From a marine bacterium B5-7 (GTDB lineage Bacteria; Pseudomonadota; Gammaproteobacteria; Arenicellales; CAJQKF01), in the NCBI GenBank assembly GCA_021604525.1, contig BQJD01000007.1, positions 9,950 to 73,949 of the forward strand: a stretch of 64,000 bases of DNA, in the 5' to 3' direction. How positions within the stretch are numbered: position 1 is the first letter of the stretch; each line of letters opens with the position of its first letter. The position numbers and the translations under genes are program-made. Under the pieces are notes generated by a model, which ran no database searches, was not told the DNA's origin, and was given only the letters and a program-made list of their open reading frames with translations. Positions 62,085-64,000 of the stretch are shown here, one piece after another.

Positions 62085-62399
62085 ATGCAGATTTCCATTA
62101 GCGGACAACACCTGGATGTGACCCCCGCGCTTCGCGAGCATATCGAGGAGAAAATCGACAAGATTAGTCATCACTTCGACCATTTGACCAGTACGCATAT
62201 CGTTCTTCAGATCGAAAAGAACCGTCACAAGGCCGAGGCCAATATCAATGCTCGCGGGGTACAGTTTCATGCGGCTGGTGAAGCTGACGATATGTATGCC
62301 GCTATCGACGCCATGGTCTCAAAGCTCGACCGCCAGGTTCTAAAGCACAAGGAAAAGGTCAGCGATCATCATGCCGATAGCGCGCGACCAGCAGAATAG
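62085..62399 (+). CDS. hpf: ribosome hibernation promoting factor (short HPF/YhbH type)
   Basis: 104 aa; MQISISGQHLDVTPALREHIEEKI... Confidence 0.9.
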   Translation: MQISISGQHLDVTPALREHIEEKIDKISHHFDHLTSTHIVLQIEKNRHKAEANINARGVQFHAAGEADDMYAAIDAMVSKLDRQVLKHKEKVSDHHADSARPAE

Positions 62400-62402
62400 C
62401 TG

Positions 62403-62903
62403 ATGAATTGTCCAACCACGGCAAATCAGTCATCGGCGCCCGAAGGCGATAGCCTGCTGTCACGCTTCGTGGCGCCGGAACGGGTTGCCGTCAATGTCCA
62501 GGTGTCCAGCAAAAAACGGCTCCTTGAAGAGGTGGCCGACCTGTTAAGCAGCTATTCGCCCGACCTCGATCGCGACACCGTGTTCCAGATTCTTAACGAG
62601 CGTGAACGGCTCGGCAGTACCGGAATCGGTGAAGGATTTGCCATCCCTCATGGCCGTATTAACGGCATTGAAGAACCAATCATCTGTGCCATACTGCTTA
62701 ACCATTCGCTCGATTTCGATTCAATCGACAATCAGCCGGTTCGCTGTGTGGTGGGCCTGCTGGTACCAGCCGATGCCAACCAGACCCACCTGCAGATACT
62801 GGCAAGGCTGGCCGGCGCATTCAGCAAACCCGAGGTGCGTAAAAAGATCATGGAGTGCCAGAGTAAGGACGATTATTTCGACCTGATCAATCAACTCGAT
62901 TGA
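62403..62903 (+). CDS. ptsN: PTS IIA-like nitrogen regulatory protein PtsN
   Basis: 166 aa; GSTGIGEGFAIPHGRI contains the phosphorylatable His. Confidence 0.9.
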   Translation: MNCPTTANQSSAPEGDSLLSRFVAPERVAVNVQVSSKKRLLEEVADLLSSYSPDLDRDTVFQILNERERLGSTGIGEGFAIPHGRINGIEEPIICAILLNHSLDFDSIDNQPVRCVVGLLVPADANQTHLQILARLAGAFSKPEVRKKIMECQSKDDYFDLINQLD

Positions 62904-62947
62904 ATAAACGGTTCTGATCCATTGCAACAACCACCACTATCAAGCGA

Positions 62948-63940
62948 ATGAAGACACGGCCATCCGGTATCAGCATTGCCGACGCTTTTCACAGCAAGGC
63001 TGATCGACTTGGGCTGGTGCTCAATGCCGGTGCCAACGGGCTGAACCGGCTGATTACCGCGTTGCCGGAACCAGAAACTCACAGCGATTATGTCGATTAC
63101 CTGAGCCTCGATAAGCCGAGTCCTGTGCAGATCGTCGATCCCGCATGGCATGACCGGCTTAATAGCAGTGACGATCGTCTGGCACGACGGCTACGCCAAC
63201 TTATGGAAGCCGGTGACATCGCCATGATAGTCGTCAGTGACGACCTCGAGCCGACGCAATGGCTGCTAGAGACCGGCAATCAAACGGCCGTTTGTATCTA
63301 TCGTTCATCGCTGTCGCATTCTCTGCTGTTCGAACGCCTGCAACATCGCGCCGCACGCAAGCTGGCACGACAGACCACCCTGCACGGCGTGTTTATGTCG
63401 ATTCGAGACGTCGGCGTACTGATCAGCGGACCAAGTGGCATCGGCAAGAGTGAGGTTGCACTGGATCTGATCGATCGCGGATCGCGTCTGATCGCTGATG
63501 ACGCACTCAAGGTATTCCGTTACTCGCCCTATAAGCTGACCGGCTTTTGTCCGGAAATCATTCGAGGTTATCTGGAAGTTCGCGGATTGGGGATACTCGA
63601 CATAGCCGACATCTACGGCAACACCGCAGTACTCGATTCGAAACCCATCGACCTGATCACCAATCTGGAACCGGACCCACCCGGCACCTACCCCCATCTC
63701 GACCGATTGACGCCGCGAATAAGGCAACGAACCATACTGGGTATCAGTGTCCCGGAGATTACCCTGCAGGTGGCGCCGGGACGCAACCTCGCGGTTTTGA
63801 TTGACGCCGCGGTTCGCACCCATATCCAGTTCCAGTTTGGCAAGGACCCGGTCAAGGCGTTTGTCGACAAACAGCAGCGCCGCATAGAGATTCGCGATCG
63901 CCTCGGTCATTTTCGCGACGATCCCGCCAAACCCTCCTGA
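62948..63940 (+). CDS. hprK: HPr kinase/phosphorylase
   Basis: 330 aa; Walker A GPSGIGKSEVALDLIDRGSRLIADD and signature LEVRGLGILDI. Confidence 0.87.
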   Translation: MKTRPSGISIADAFHSKADRLGLVLNAGANGLNRLITALPEPETHSDYVDYLSLDKPSPVQIVDPAWHDRLNSSDDRLARRLRQLMEAGDIAMIVVSDDLEPTQWLLETGNQTAVCIYRSSLSHSLLFERLQHRAARKLARQTTLHGVFMSIRDVGVLISGPSGIGKSEVALDLIDRGSRLIADDALKVFRYSPYKLTGFCPEIIRGYLEVRGLGILDIADIYGNTAVLDSKPIDLITNLEPDPPGTYPHLDRLTPRIRQRTILGISVPEITLQVAPGRNLAVLIDAAVRTHIQFQFGKDPVKAFVDKQQRRIEIRDRLGHFRDDPAKPS

Positions 63941-64000
63941 GATTGACACAACACTTGCGGTAAACTGTCGAATCGCCGCGTGCACTCCATCCAAAGAGCG

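Noticed and set aside
63305-63994. 229-aa ORF antisense to hprK
   Set aside because: It is a shadow ORF of a well-supported gene with no family resemblance.

Overview
This 64-kb window reads as core chromosome of a gammaproteobacterium; the order cannot be determined from sequence alone. It holds about 67 protein genes, nearly all housekeeping, in familiar synteny blocks: groES-groEL next to fxsA; dsbD-tlpA-aroQ-accB-accC-prmA-DUF3426-dusB-fis-purH-purD-tsaC-hemF-waaA; moaD-moaE and moaB; hslR; sodB; priA; zapE-yrfG; and kdsD-lptC-lptA-lptB-rpoN-hpf-ptsN-hprK. I found no rRNA, tRNA, CRISPR array, transposase, integrase or recognisable phage-defence gene, and no clearly novel multi-gene system, so the findings below are leads rather than discoveries. 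In rough order of interest: (1) at the left edge, a gene pair that repackages chromate-resistance accessory domains as fusions (SOD-like+rhodanese, rhodanese+ChrB C-domain) with no ChrA pump in view. (2) A DsbD with a tandemly duplicated N-terminal alpha domain. (3) A TusE/DsrC-like protein that lacks the C-terminal arm cysteine, next to moaD-moaE. (4) About 420 bp of genome-typical composition between eamA and the groEL terminator, with no credible ORF but internal repeats and a hairpin. (5) A YbbAP/AttEFGH-type ABC exporter coupled to a lipocalin/CrtC-like protein. (6) A cytoplasmic molybdopterin oxidoreductase paired with an M24-fold protein whose metal ligands look degenerate. (7) A histone-H1-like K/A-repeat protein behind a 550-bp AT-rich leader region. 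(8) A DnaA-box cluster in a 590-bp gap upstream of priA. ORF-track coordinates include the stop codon. Several starts were moved to internal ATG/GTG codons where family N-termini or SD spacing supported it. Composition remarks are by eye, not computed.
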